In this document: positions 1 to 9,547 of the stretch, piece after piece
Layout of the letters: every line of letters begins with the position of its first letter
How positions within the stretch are numbered: the stretch's first letter is position 1
Assembly (NCBI GenBank): GCA_964404795.1
Contig: CAYOLI010000004.1
Location: forward strand, 29,985-93,984
DNA: 64,000 bases
Direction of reading: 5' to 3'
From: an uncultured Candidatus Saccharibacteria bacterium
GTDB lineage: Bacteria > Patescibacteriota > Saccharimonadia > Saccharimonadales > 2-12-FULL-41-12
Program-made: the position numbers and the translations under genes
The notes under the pieces: model-generated
Seen by the model: only the letters and a program-made list of their open reading frames with translations
What the model was told of the DNA's origin: nothing
Database searches by the model: none

Positions 1-1
1 A

Positions 2-448
2 GACGCTATATTTAGTCCTGTTCAAAGGGTTAGATATAAAGTTGAGAATACTCGTGTTGGCCAGATGACTGACCTAGATCGACTGATACTAACTGTAGAT
101 ACCGATGGTTCGATTACACCAATCGATGCGTTTGAAGAAGCTACTGCCATTTTAGTGAATCAATATACCGCACTAGCGGGTAACACAAGAGTCGAGGTAA
201 GCTCTCCATTACAGGCGGGAACAAACGAAGATACCGTAGCAACCGACGAAGATGATGCTCCTGCATTAATGATCTCTATTGAAGATTTAAATCTTTCAGC
301 CAGAACAACCAATGCATTAGTTAATAACGACATTCATACGTTAAAAGACCTATTTTCACTCAGTGATAGCGAATTGCGCGACCTCAAGGGCTTTGGTAGC
401 AAAGCGTTAGACGAAGTAAAAGAAAAAATGTCGGAGATGGAGTTTTAA
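2..448 (+). CDS. rpoA: DNA-directed RNA polymerase alpha subunit, C-terminal part (5' end lies outside the window)
   Basis: The frame is open from the window edge. The alpha-CTD helix-hairpin-helix region is present (IEDLNLSARTTNALVNNDIHTLKDL...LRDLKGFGSKALDEV). Followed by rplQ, as in the canonical alpha operon. Confidence 0.9.
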   Translation, partial: DAIFSPVQRVRYKVENTRVGQMTDLDRLILTVDTDGSITPIDAFEEATAILVNQYTALAGNTRVEVSSPLQAGTNEDTVATDEDDAPALMISIEDLNLSARTTNALVNNDIHTLKDLFSLSDSELRDLKGFGSKALDEVKEKMSEMEF

Positions 449-450
449 AC

Positions 451-918
451 ATGCATCGTCATGGTTATAGGGGCCGAAAGTTCGGCAGAGAACGCGATCA
501 GAGGAGGGCTTTAATCAAAGGCCTCGCAGATTCTTTGATAAAGTATGAATCGATCGAGACAACTCTTCCTAAAGCTAAAGAGGTTGTTTCTTATACGGAA
601 CGCTTAATAACCAAAGCTAAAAAAGGAGATCTACATAACCGCAGACAAATTATCGCAAAGCTACAGACTCTTGAATCAGCCCACAAACTAATCGATGAAA
701 TAACGCCAAAGATTGCAAAAAGAAACAGCGGTCATCTAAGAATTGAGAAAACACAACTCAGGCGGGGTGATAATGCTCAACTAGCTAGAGTTAGCTTTGT
801 TGATGATATAAGCGTTAAACTGACTAGTAAAAGCAAGATTTCTACCGAACCAAAAAAAGTTTCAGTAGCTACAAATCCGAAAAAAGTTGTTACAAAAGCT
901 AAAAAGGAAGTTAAGTGA
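451..918 (+). CDS. rplQ: 50S ribosomal protein L17, with a lysine-rich C-terminal tail
   Basis: The N-terminus MHRHGYRGRKFGRERDQRRALIKGL...ETTLPKAKE is the typical L17 signature. Positioned right after rpoA. Confidence 0.95.
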   Translation: MHRHGYRGRKFGRERDQRRALIKGLADSLIKYESIETTLPKAKEVVSYTERLITKAKKGDLHNRRQIIAKLQTLESAHKLIDEITPKIAKRNSGHLRIEKTQLRRGDNAQLARVSFVDDISVKLTSKSKISTEPKKVSVATNPKKVVTKAKKEVK

Positions 919-1364
919 TGTCTAAAACATACTCTCAAAAGCCAAAAGAAATAACGCGTAAATGGTATTTGCTAGACGCCCAAGAAATATCACTTGGCCG
1001 TTTAAGTACCAAGGCCTCAGCACTTCTTGTTGGTAAAACTAAGCCGTCTTACTCCCCGCACATCGATGGTGGAGATTTCGTTGTTATTATCAATAGCGAT
1101 TTATTACGAGTTACAGGCGACAAACTACAAAAGAAAACATACTACAGACATACGGGATACCCTGGAGGGCTCAAAGAGATGACTTTGGAAAAAGCCATAG
1201 CCAAAGATTCAACAAAAGTAATTGAGGCATCGATTAAGGGTATGTTGCCTGTCAATAAACTTCGAGATGGACGTCTAAAAAGGTTGAAAATCTATCCGGG
1301 CTCTGAGCATAATCATACCGCTCAGTCACCTACAAAAATTGTAACAGAAGACGAGGCAAAATGA
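915..1364 (+). CDS. rplM: 50S ribosomal protein L13
   Basis: KWYLLDAQ...LGRLSTKAS..L.GK.KPSYSPHIDGGDFVVIIN matches the L13 core. 4-nt GTGATG overlap with rplQ. Confidence 0.95.
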   Translation: MMSKTYSQKPKEITRKWYLLDAQEISLGRLSTKASALLVGKTKPSYSPHIDGGDFVVIINSDLLRVTGDKLQKKTYYRHTGYPGGLKEMTLEKAIAKDSTKVIEASIKGMLPVNKLRDGRLKRLKIYPGSEHNHTAQSPTKIVTEDEAK

Positions 1365-1756
1365 TGGCGTATTATTACGGATTGGGCAGAAGAAAGAGCT
1401 CTACAGCGCGAGTACGATTAACTCCTAAAGGCAAGGGAAATATTGTAATTAATGGATTGCCGATTAATGAATATTTTTCAGATAGTCAATATATCATACA
1501 CGAGATCGAGAAACCATTTATCGCTTTGGAACAAGAAAATACATACGACATATCTATAAAAGTTTCAGGAGGAGGTCATACTGGTCAAGTCCAAGCTATT
1601 AGATTAGGGATTTCGAAAGCGTTAGTCGAAATGAATCCGGATTATAAGAACACGCTTAAAAGATCGTCTTTGCTCGGCAGAGATCCACGAGAAAAAGAAC
1701 GCAAAAAGTTTGGTCTAAAGGGCGCACGAAAACAACGACAATTCACCAAACGTTAA
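1361..1756 (+). CDS. rpsI: 30S ribosomal protein S9
   Basis: GRRKSSTARVRL near the N-terminus and a C-terminal ...KFGLKGARKQRQFTKR, typical of S9. Overlaps the rplM stop (ATGA). Confidence 0.95.
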   Translation: MMAYYYGLGRRKSSTARVRLTPKGKGNIVINGLPINEYFSDSQYIIHEIEKPFIALEQENTYDISIKVSGGGHTGQVQAIRLGISKALVEMNPDYKNTLKRSSLLGRDPREKERKKFGLKGARKQRQFTKR

Positions 1757-1814
1757 ATTTTTTCATCCAAAATTATATACAACTGATACGTTATATCCGT
1801 TATAATGTCATTGT

Positions 1815-2849
1815 ATGAGCAGTAGCAAAGTCATTCTGACTGGGTTAAGGGCAAATAATGACCTCCACCTAGGAAATTATTTTGGGGCGTTATTGCCGAT
1901 AGTTGATTTAGCAAAAAACCATTCAGATAAATTCAAAATACACTTGTTTGTTCCAGACTTGCATAGCTTTACAACCCCGATCGATCATACAAAATTGCAA
2001 CAGCAAATCCTGCTTAATTTAAGATTGTTTGTAGCAGCCGGCTTACCTCTAGGCAATCCAAATATATTTCTCTATCGGCAAAGTTTCATACCAGCTCATA
2101 GTGAGCTGACTATGATATTGAATTGCTTTGCTAGCATGGGAGAGCTGGAGAGGATGACTCAGTACAAAGACAAATCATCCAAAATTTCGCAAGATACTAT
2201 TAGTGCCGGACTGTTTGACTATCCTGTATTAATGGCTTCAGATATATTACTTTACCACGCGAATTATGTTCCTGTTGGCGATGATCAATCACAACACCTT
2301 GAATTTATTCGAAATTTGGCTAAACGTATGAATTCAAAGTTTGGGAAAATTTTCACGGTACCTGAACCAGTTGAAAAACAACACGCATTGTTTGGTAAAG
2401 ATCATGGTTTGCGGATCATGGACTTGCAAAAACCGGATAATAAAATGAGTAAAAGCGGGCAGACGGACAAAGGTGGAATATTTTTAACAGATAAACCGGA
2501 AGATGCATATAAAAAGATTATGGGAGCAACTACTGATAATTTTGGTGAGGTTAAATACGACCGTGCAAACCAACCTGGAATAAGTAACTTATTGCAGATT
2601 TATGCGCTTTTATCTGGCCAAACGTTGCAAAAAACAATAGACCAATTCAGTGGGGCTAAAAACTATTCTGAGTTCAAAAAACAAATTGCAGATTTGACGA
2701 AGATATTTTTAGTCGAATTTCAAAACAGATTCGATAATGTAGATACAAATAATATTCTGAGAAAAACTACAGAGGACGAAAAACACATGGCGTTAATAGC
2801 AAATCGGACATTAAGCGAAGTGCAAAAAGCAATTGGACTTCGAAATTAA
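1815..2849 (+). CDS. trpS: Tryptophan--tRNA ligase
   Basis: Class I HIGH-type motif (HLGNY), GDDQSQHLE, and an exact KMSKS. Length about 340 aa fits TrpRS. TATAAT lies 8 nt upstream of the ATG and there is no SD. Confidence 0.88.
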   Translation: MSSSKVILTGLRANNDLHLGNYFGALLPIVDLAKNHSDKFKIHLFVPDLHSFTTPIDHTKLQQQILLNLRLFVAAGLPLGNPNIFLYRQSFIPAHSELTMILNCFASMGELERMTQYKDKSSKISQDTISAGLFDYPVLMASDILLYHANYVPVGDDQSQHLEFIRNLAKRMNSKFGKIFTVPEPVEKQHALFGKDHGLRIMDLQKPDNKMSKSGQTDKGGIFLTDKPEDAYKKIMGATTDNFGEVKYDRANQPGISNLLQIYALLSGQTLQKTIDQFSGAKNYSEFKKQIADLTKIFLVEFQNRFDNVDTNNILRKTTEDEKHMALIANRTLSEVQKAIGLRN

Positions 2850-3702
2850 AGTGCAAACTCCAGTTCGGCTAGATGTGTATTTAGCGCAACTATACCCCGA
2901 ACTTCCAAGGGCCTATATCCAAAAGGGCATCAAGCAGGGGAAAGTAATGGTAAATGCAAAAGCAACAACAAAACCAAGTTATCAGGTAAAATCGGGAGAT
3001 TTAGTTGAGGCAGTGGCAATAGATAAAACAATAGAAATTCCAAAGATAGAAATGAAAATTATTTTTGAAGATAATGATGTAGTGGTTATCGATAAGCCGG
3101 TCGGTCTACTGTCCCACAGCAAAGGAGTTATCAACCCAGAGGCAACTGTAGCTACTTGGCTAGCAGATAAGTACAGAAGTAGCGTAATAAGTAATAGAGA
3201 TGGCATCGTGCATCGTCTTGATAGGGCAACGAGTGGTGTTATGATTTGTGCTAAAAATGCAGAGTCACTAAAATGGTTACAAAAACAATTTTCTAGCAGA
3301 AAGGTTAAAAAGACATATCAAGCTATCGTACAAGGTAATATGGACCCCCCAGAGGCGGTGATTGATATGCCCATAGAAAGAAACCCCAAGGTTCCGCAAA
3401 GATTTAGGGCGGGTCACGCCGGAAAACCGGCAACTACATATTACCGCCAAATCAAAGAAATCAAGAAGGGACCTGATAAGTATGCTTTAGTTATCCTTCA
3501 TCCGAAAACAGGCAGGACGCATCAATTAAGAGTTCATCTGAGTTACATAGGGCATCCAATCGTTGGGGATACATTTTATCGTGGTCAGTATGCCAAACGA
3601 TTATTCTTACACGCCAAAGAGCTAGAGATAATGCTGCCAGATGGCAACAAAAAAATATTTCAAGCTCCAACACCTAAGGAATTTCTAGAGTTTGAACGAT
3701 GA
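2833..3702 (+). CDS. rluD: RluA/RluD-family 23S rRNA pseudouridine synthase (N-terminal S4 domain)
   Basis: Catalytic HRLDRATSGVMI motif and RTHQLRVHL motif. S4-like N-terminus. TTG start overlapping the trpS end. Confidence 0.8.
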   Translation: MDFEIKVQTPVRLDVYLAQLYPELPRAYIQKGIKQGKVMVNAKATTKPSYQVKSGDLVEAVAIDKTIEIPKIEMKIIFEDNDVVVIDKPVGLLSHSKGVINPEATVATWLADKYRSSVISNRDGIVHRLDRATSGVMICAKNAESLKWLQKQFSSRKVKKTYQAIVQGNMDPPEAVIDMPIERNPKVPQRFRAGHAGKPATTYYRQIKEIKKGPDKYALVILHPKTGRTHQLRVHLSYIGHPIVGDTFYRGQYAKRLFLHAKELEIMLPDGNKKIFQAPTPKEFLEFER

Positions 3703-4550
3703 AGAAGGTATTAATTTCAGAAGATAATCAATATGTAGCCAATAGAATTATTAATAATCCTCTTGGGGTCGTAGGAATAATTTCCCCGAAAGGCGCTGGA
3801 AAACAATCTTTTATTGAATATTTAGGAGAACAGATTTTATCCGAGGGATCCGCGCAATATCTTAAAAAAATAACAGCTAGCAGCAAAGAAGCGATGGAAA
3901 CCGCAAAAAGTATTAGAAAATTCTTGAGCTTAACAGTACCGGGTAAAAAAACTATTAAGAGAGTTGTAACTATTGCAGATTTTGAACATTTTGGTCATGA
4001 GGCGCAAAATTCACTGCTTAAAGCTTTTGAAGAATTAAATACGGATACCGTCATCATTATTTCTGTGTCTAACAGCAAAAATGTTCTAGATACTATCAAA
4101 TCTCGAGCCAAGTGGTACAAACTTAGACCGGTACGATTAAACGAATCCTTTGAACTATTACCTCAGTATGACAGGGGGACAATAGAAAAGAATTGGCATA
4201 TTAGTCAGGGTTCTTTAGGGCTGCTTATCGATTTATTACAGGCCGACAAAGAGCATAATCTAGCAAAATCGATAGAAAAAGCCAAAGAATTATTACAATC
4301 CAAAAGATATGAGCGCTTGATACAGATAGAGCCATTAACGAAAGATACAGAATCCGTTCATGATTTGCTCGATGCTATGGCCAGATTGCTCAGGTCTGCT
4401 TTATTGCAAAAAGCAAAGAAAGCAGATAATTATAAGGTTAATAGTGATAATTTAGCCAATCAACTCAATTTGGTATTAAGATCACAAGAAAAATTGGCAT
4501 CAAAAACAAATTCAAAAATTGTACTGACTTCACTATTTTTCTCGTTATAA
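3699..4550 (+). CDS. holB: DNA polymerase III delta'-like clamp-loader subunit
   Basis: AQNSLLKAFEE...TIKSRAKWYKL resembles the delta' sensor region (NALLKtLEEP / SRC). P-loop-like PKGAGKQ. Confidence 0.6.
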   Translation: MKKVLISEDNQYVANRIINNPLGVVGIISPKGAGKQSFIEYLGEQILSEGSAQYLKKITASSKEAMETAKSIRKFLSLTVPGKKTIKRVVTIADFEHFGHEAQNSLLKAFEELNTDTVIIISVSNSKNVLDTIKSRAKWYKLRPVRLNESFELLPQYDRGTIEKNWHISQGSLGLLIDLLQADKEHNLAKSIEKAKELLQSKRYERLIQIEPLTKDTESVHDLLDAMARLLRSALLQKAKKADNYKVNSDNLANQLNLVLRSQEKLASKTNSKIVLTSLFFSL

Positions 4551-4575
4551 ATCAGATGTTATAATTAATATACTA

Positions 4576-5241
4576 ATGTATGAACTATTAATAGTTGCAG
4601 GATTTGGTTGGTTTTCGCTTAAAGCATTCGATTTACACCAAAAAAATGCAGACGCCGAACTTCCTCAAAAAATGTCGGAGAGGATAAGTAATTTATGGAA
4701 AGTTGTCCATCAGGGGATTAAAGATAATCGTTTGCTTAGGGCTGAAAAGGCATTGCTAACAATATTAAAAATAGATGAAAAAAACGCCGCGGCATATAAC
4801 CGACTTGGCATATTGTATGCTAAGCAAAAAGAATATAAAGATGCTATTGATTGTTTTGAAATAGCTACTGGTATCGAGGCAAGCGCTTCCAGCTTGCACA
4901 ACCTGGGCCTTATTTACTATGAAACAGAAAATTTTGAAAGAGCAGTTATTGCTTTTGAACATGCCTTGGAACTTGACGATACAATGGCTGCTCGTCATAT
5001 AGCTTTGGCCAAAGCATTAGAACACGTTGGAAATGAAAAACTTATGTTGGAACATTTAGAAAAAGCTGCTGATCTGGAACCGACTAAAGAAAGTTACATA
5101 TTACTTGCAAAGGGCTATCGACAGATGGGGAAGGAAGATCAAGCAGATATCACAGAGGATAAAATAAAACGTTTGGGGTCAAAAAAAATACCTAAAAAAA
5201 AGATTATGAAAATTAGGCGGCCAAAAAGAGTTGTTCTTTAG
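4576..5241 (+). CDS. TPR-repeat protein with an N-terminal membrane anchor and a basic C-terminal tail
   Basis: Repeated A-Y-N-LG-Y / A-F-ALELD TPR-like 34-aa units. Hydrophobic N-terminus. Confidence 0.65.
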   Translation: MYELLIVAGFGWFSLKAFDLHQKNADAELPQKMSERISNLWKVVHQGIKDNRLLRAEKALLTILKIDEKNAAAYNRLGILYAKQKEYKDAIDCFEIATGIEASASSLHNLGLIYYETENFERAVIAFEHALELDDTMAARHIALAKALEHVGNEKLMLEHLEKAADLEPTKESYILLAKGYRQMGKEDQADITEDKIKRLGSKKIPKKKIMKIRRPKRVVL

Positions 5242-5255
5242 GTACTGGTTGGAAT

Positions 5256-5765
5256 TCATTCATTATATTTAGATTGTTGAAGCTCGTCTAAGTGTTTAAG
5301 TTGTGTGTTAAATTGCTCTATCAAGCTAACGTTATAATAGTCTTCAACCAATTCAATCATCGCATCAGCACCGTCTACTGTCTCTGAAAAAGCGATTATC
5401 GGCGCCATTTCATTTCTTTCTGTCTCAGTTAAAGAGATGCTTTCAAAATATTTGAAATTCTCAGCATATACTTCAGATGCATCAACCACGAATCCATCTG
5501 GAGTTTTCACTATTAGTAGGGGCTGACTGCTAGGACCATTATCGTCCAAATATTCTTCAATACTGTGACAATTGTGCTTTGTATCATCCCCATATACTTG
5601 CGAATCTAGATGTATATAGGCAGAACCGTCTCTGTCAATTATTAGCGAATCTTCTGATACCAAATAAACTACGAAGTCGTCTATATTTTCTACGTAACGG
5701 ATACGTTGCTCTTCGCTGAATCTATGCTGTTCGGTATCGAATTTATTTTCAAAACTGTCAAACAT
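5256..5765 (-). CDS. Hypothetical, strongly acidic protein
   Basis: 169-aa ORF with coding-like composition, rich in D/E. TATAAT (5774..5779, minus) lies 8 nt upstream of the ATG. No recognisable motif. Confidence 0.5.
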   Translation of the reverse strand: MFDSFENKFDTEQHRFSEEQRIRYVENIDDFVVYLVSEDSLIIDRDGSAYIHLDSQVYGDDTKHNCHSIEEYLDDNGPSSQPLLIVKTPDGFVVDASEVYAENFKYFESISLTETERNEMAPIIAFSETVDGADAMIELVEDYYNVSLIEQFNTQLKHLDELQQSKYNE

Positions 5766-5810
5766 AAGGATGTATTATAACTGACACCTATCCAATAAGT
5801 AAGTACACAG

Positions 5811-5895
5811 TGGTGCAGGGAGAGGGATTCGAACCCCCGAAGGCTGAGCCAGATGATTTACAGTCACCCGTGTTTGACCGCTTCACTATCCCTGC
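5811..5895 (-). tRNA. tRNA-Tyr (anticodon GUA), long variable arm, encoded CCA
   Basis: The reverse complement folds as a cloverleaf: acceptor GCAGGGA/TCCCTGC, anticodon loop CT-GTA-AA, GGTTCGAATCC T-arm, long extra arm. Confidence 0.9.
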
Positions 5896-5900
5896 ATTCT

Positions 5901-5977
5901 TGGAGCCACCTGTCGGATTCGAACCGACGACCCCCTGTTTACAAAACGGATGCTCTAACCAACTGAGCTAAGGTGGC
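5901..5977 (-). tRNA. tRNA-Thr (anticodon UGU), encoded CCA
   Basis: Acceptor GCCACCT/AGGTGGC, anticodon loop TT-TGT-AA, T-arm GTCGG-TTCGAAT-CCGAC. One C-A mismatch in the anticodon stem. Confidence 0.85.
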
Positions 5978-6073
5978 AATACAGATTAAAGTTTATCAAA
6001 AAATATGATTTGTTGCTAATCTGTTGACCTCTTTTTTATGCCGAGTGTTTTTGTTATAGTAATCAGATGTTGC

Positions 6074-6148
<75 letters not shown>

Positions 6149-6150
6149 GG

Positions 6151-6179
6151 TTTACAAACTTAGTTGTATCTGTTAAAAT
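6151..6179 (+). promoter_or_regulatory. Sigma-70-like promoter for rpmG (TTTACA-17-TAAAAT), 8 nt before the ATG
   Basis: TTTACA 6151..6156, 17-nt spacer, TAAAAT 6174..6179, ATG at 6188. No SD in between. Confidence 0.55.
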
Positions 6180-6187
6180 CTAAAAAT

Positions 6188-6394
6188 ATGGCTAAAAAAG
6201 GTGACAAAAGAAAATTGATAGGACTTGTATCTGAAGAGACGGGTCATCGTACTTACTATACGGTAAAAAACACGATGAATACCCCCGATAAATTGGAACT
6301 TCGTAAATATGATCCAATTGCTAGAAGACATGTTTTATACGTTGAAACAAAAAAGAATTTAGGTCGGAACGAAGTCAAGCCACGTAAGAAATAG
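6188..6394 (+). CDS. rpmG: 50S ribosomal protein L33
   Basis: MAKKGDKRKLIGLVSEETGHRTYYTVKN...PDKLELRKYDPIARRHVLYVE matches L33. I prefer the start at the ATG at 6188 over the TTG at 6164, because the promoter lies inside the longer ORF. Confidence 0.9.
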   Translation: MAKKGDKRKLIGLVSEETGHRTYYTVKNTMNTPDKLELRKYDPIARRHVLYVETKKNLGRNEVKPRKK

Positions 6395-6404
6395 CTTGCG
6401 TTAG

Positions 6405-8339
6405 TTAGACATCGTACACGTCTAAAATTGTATTGATAAGCTCAGAATGACTCCATACCAGCGGAGTAACAGAAACCGGAAAACCAGAATCGGAGTTAAT
6501 TTGTTCTGGCAAAGTACCACTTTTTAAAGATTTACTTGTTGCCCATTTTATATAGTGCTTTGCTTTTTCTTTGTTTCCTTGTAAATTATAAACCTGCGCT
6601 AACCACATGGTTGTTACTATCCATGGGTTCCCCTTATTTTCTAGGTTGGTTGCAAAGTACATGTCGTTTTCGTATCTCGGGGAACCACCTGCCGGCGACT
6701 GATCGAGCAGCTTTTTTTCTATTTGTAATAGAGTAGAGCGAATTAGCTCATTGGTATCATCGTGCAATCCATATTGTACAACTCCAAAAAGCCCTGAAAT
6801 ATCCAAAGTATTATCTAATTCAATAGAATTATTATTTTTTATGCGGAAACTCTTGCGGTAATTTCCATTAACTGAGTCGTAAAAAACACCTTTATTTGTC
6901 ATTATGTCGTCCGCTGTTTCTCTCCATTTGGTAGCGTCATCAATAAAATCAAACATTTCAGCAAAAGTTGCAGCAACCAGTAATCCTCTGTAGCAAACAG
7001 CAGTTGTGTAAGTATGGGTCGCAAATTTTTCCTCCCAAAGGTCATAACTTGCGTGAGGTAATTTTGTGACAGGGTCAATATAACTGCAAATAAAGTCAGC
7101 AGCCGGCTTAATTAAAGAGTCGTACAGACCTTCTATAAAGTCACTATCCTCAGTTTGATGAAAAAACTCACCAAGTGAAGTTAAGATGATAGCAGTTTCG
7201 TCCTCTTGGATGGCTAGCTCTTTCTTACCATCCTGCAGTAGTGGGTGCCAAGTACTACCAATAGACCTGTCTGGTTGATATTTGTGCATCAAATACCCAT
7301 CGTCCGTTAGGACATCCCTGCAAAACTCATAAAATTTTTTTGCTTCCTCGGTGTGTCCTAACCTTATTAAGGGGCGGATAATATATGCACCATCTCTAGG
7401 CCAGACGTAGCTATAGTAATCTCTACCGTAGTTATATATGGAGGAGTCACAAGATGCGATTATCCCGCCTCGTTTGTCTATATGGGTTTTTATTATCATG
7501 AGCGACTTTTTCACGAATGGTAGCAGTTTATTGTCGATGTGCGTTAACTTCGCGCTACTAACCGATAACCAATCCTTCCAAAACAACCTTGTAGCGGACA
7601 TTCTTGCGTCAACGCCGTCATTGATAAGTTTTTTATGTAACTTTTCGGCCTCGAACTGGGAGCTCGCAGCTACTATCCAGTAGTCATGGCTGACAATCTG
7701 TTGCGCTTTGATGCGCGACTTTAAGCGTATAACACTATCCACACCTCCATGTTCGACGTTGTTGTTTGAAAGCTCTCCATCCTCAGCATCAATATAAGTA
7801 CCGGTTTTTCCTTCTATTCCATAGTTACCTACGGCGTATTGATCGAAGGGGTCTCTTGACTTACTTTGGGCATAGACTAGGAGGCATTTTTTGCCCCTAT
7901 AGTTCAAGATGTAATTGTCGTCGGGCACAAATAGCGCAGTATCTGCTCTGCCATACCTAGAAATTTGAAAAATTTGATGCATGAAAATACGTATCTCTCT
8001 GTCGTTGTCTGCTAAATTTTTTACATTTATACGTCTTATAAAAATATTCTGCTGATAATCTACAAAATCGTGTAAACGAAGCTCCACATTTATTCGTTTG
8101 TTGGTCAATGTAACATTGCTGATCAGCGCGTCCGTTTCGAAATCGGAATCTACTTCCCAATCGGAGGCATCAGTCCAAGAGAAAATATCGTCGACCCATA
8201 CGCCTATTTTATGATGTACACTTTTTGCGGTAGTTAAGTTAGATTGTCCTACATATGGATAGTAAAAGTCGTGGACCAAACCCTTCTCGTCCAGCGCTAC
8301 GGTAAGGGATCCGTTACCAAGTACTACTGACCTAGCCAC
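6405..8339 (-). CDS. Glycoside hydrolase family 15 (glucoamylase / glucodextranase / trehalase-type)
   Basis: About 640 aa with an N-terminal beta-sandwich plus (alpha/alpha)6 layout. Contains YSYVWPRDGAY and SYDLWEE, the GH15 catalytic-region signatures. Confidence 0.85.
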   Translation of the reverse strand: MARSVVLGNGSLTVALDEKGLVHDFYYPYVGQSNLTTAKSVHHKIGVWVDDIFSWTDASDWEVDSDFETDALISNVTLTNKRINVELRLHDFVDYQQNIFIRRINVKNLADNDREIRIFMHQIFQISRYGRADTALFVPDDNYILNYRGKKCLLVYAQSKSRDPFDQYAVGNYGIEGKTGTYIDAEDGELSNNNVEHGGVDSVIRLKSRIKAQQIVSHDYWIVAASSQFEAEKLHKKLINDGVDARMSATRLFWKDWLSVSSAKLTHIDNKLLPFVKKSLMIIKTHIDKRGGIIASCDSSIYNYGRDYYSYVWPRDGAYIIRPLIRLGHTEEAKKFYEFCRDVLTDDGYLMHKYQPDRSIGSTWHPLLQDGKKELAIQEDETAIILTSLGEFFHQTEDSDFIEGLYDSLIKPAADFICSYIDPVTKLPHASYDLWEEKFATHTYTTAVCYRGLLVAATFAEMFDFIDDATKWRETADDIMTNKGVFYDSVNGNYRKSFRIKNNNSIELDNTLDISGLFGVVQYGLHDDTNELIRSTLLQIEKKLLDQSPAGGSPRYENDMYFATNLENKGNPWIVTTMWLAQVYNLQGNKEKAKHYIKWATSKSLKSGTLPEQINSDSGFPVSVTPLVWSHSELINTILDVYDV

Positions 8340-9547
8340 GATGGTTCTTTCTTGGTTAATCTATATTGTAAGTCGTGGTATACGTTCATAAAAGCAATAA
8401 ACGCTTCGTATGGTGTTTTGTATGGACTAAAATAAGCATGAATGTCGCCATCGTTAAACCATTTTGTGCACATGTAGTAAAAATGGTCTGATGTTTGCAA
8501 TTTTCTCCAATCCTGGATCAAATCATGGTCGTTTGAAGACAGTATCATATCGGCCAAGTCATATACGGCCTGGATTGCTTGCTGTTGCATTGCATTACCC
8601 AGCCATGCACTAAGATCTCTTTCAGTATCCGCCCATGTAATGACGTTTGGAGAATCTATATAATCTCTAGCTGAATGGGCATCGATGGCTTCGCTGACAG
8701 TCATGAAGTTGTGTGAGCTATCCTTTAACCAGTGTTCGGGCAAATGATGCAAGAAGTTAAAAATACCACTTTCACCCCATTGGTGTTCACCAAAAGTTTC
8801 ATAATCCATAAACAGATTAAAAACTTCGGCATCGTGTGTTTCACTTAACCAATGGCTGAATTTGTCTGCAGTCAACGGCCACCCAGACCATTCTCTGTCT
8901 CCAAATCGGAAAGCAATGTCATCGCTAAGACGGTAGTTCTTTAATAACAGTTTTATATTATTTGTATAAGATGGTCGGTAGACAAAATTTGGGCTTCGCC
9001 ACCCAAGAACAGGATCCCACCCCTCTGCCAAGATTCCCTTGTATCCTGCTTGATCCGCCCAATAAGCAAGATCATTGTTGTAGGCAAGCTCAGTATTTCT
9101 GAAAACCTGTGGTGTTAGCCCAAATGTTTGTTCGATTTTGTGACGATGTTGATCAACTTGCTTATTAAACTCATCTCGATTATAGAAAAAAGATAAGCTG
9201 TGGTAATAGGTTTCTCCCACAATTTCCACTCTGCCCGAATTGACAAGATTTTTGAAGGATTCCAGGGCTTGTGGTGCATATTTTTCGAGTTGCTCGATAA
9301 CGGTACCTGATATTGAAAGGGAAAGCTTTACTTGAGGAAATTCAGAAATAAGTTCGAGTAATTTCTTGTTGGTGGGCAGATATGATTTTTCTGCTACTTT
9401 GTGGACTATTCTTTCGTTACTGGTATCGCTGTTGTAGTCGCTCTCGAAGTAGTCGTGGTTAACTCCAGCATCAAAAATGGTATAATTTCTGACCCTGTAG
9501 GGTTGGTGAACATGCAGGTACAATACAATACTTTTGCTCATGAACAA
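8324..9547 (-). CDS. Glycoside hydrolase family 57 (alpha-amylase / alpha-glucanotransferase-type)
   Basis: The N-terminal LHVHQPYR motif, and the ...ETFGEHQW region typical of GH57. Overlaps both neighbours. Confidence 0.8.
   Translation of the reverse strand: MFMSKSIVLYLHVHQPYRVRNYTIFDAGVNHDYFESDYNSDTSNERIVHKVAEKSYLPTNKKLLELISEFPQVKLSLSISGTVIEQLEKYAPQALESFKNLVNSGRVEIVGETYYHSLSFFYNRDEFNKQVDQHRHKIEQTFGLTPQVFRNTELAYNNDLAYWADQAGYKGILAEGWDPVLGWRSPNFVYRPSYTNNIKLLLKNYRLSDDIAFRFGDREWSGWPLTADKFSHWLSETHDAEVFNLFMDYETFGEHQWGESGIFNFLHHLPEHWLKDSSHNFMTVSEAIDAHSARDYIDSPNVITWADTERDLSAWLGNAMQQQAIQAVYDLADMILSSNDHDLIQDWRKLQTSDHFYYMCTKWFNDGDIHAYFSPYKTPYEAFIAFMNVYHDLQYRLTKKEPSWLGQ

Noticed and set aside
6164-6187. 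Longer TTG-initiated version of rpmG
   Set aside because: The extension contains the TTTACA-17-TAAAAT promoter. The conserved L33 N-terminus (MAKK...) begins at the ATG at 6188.
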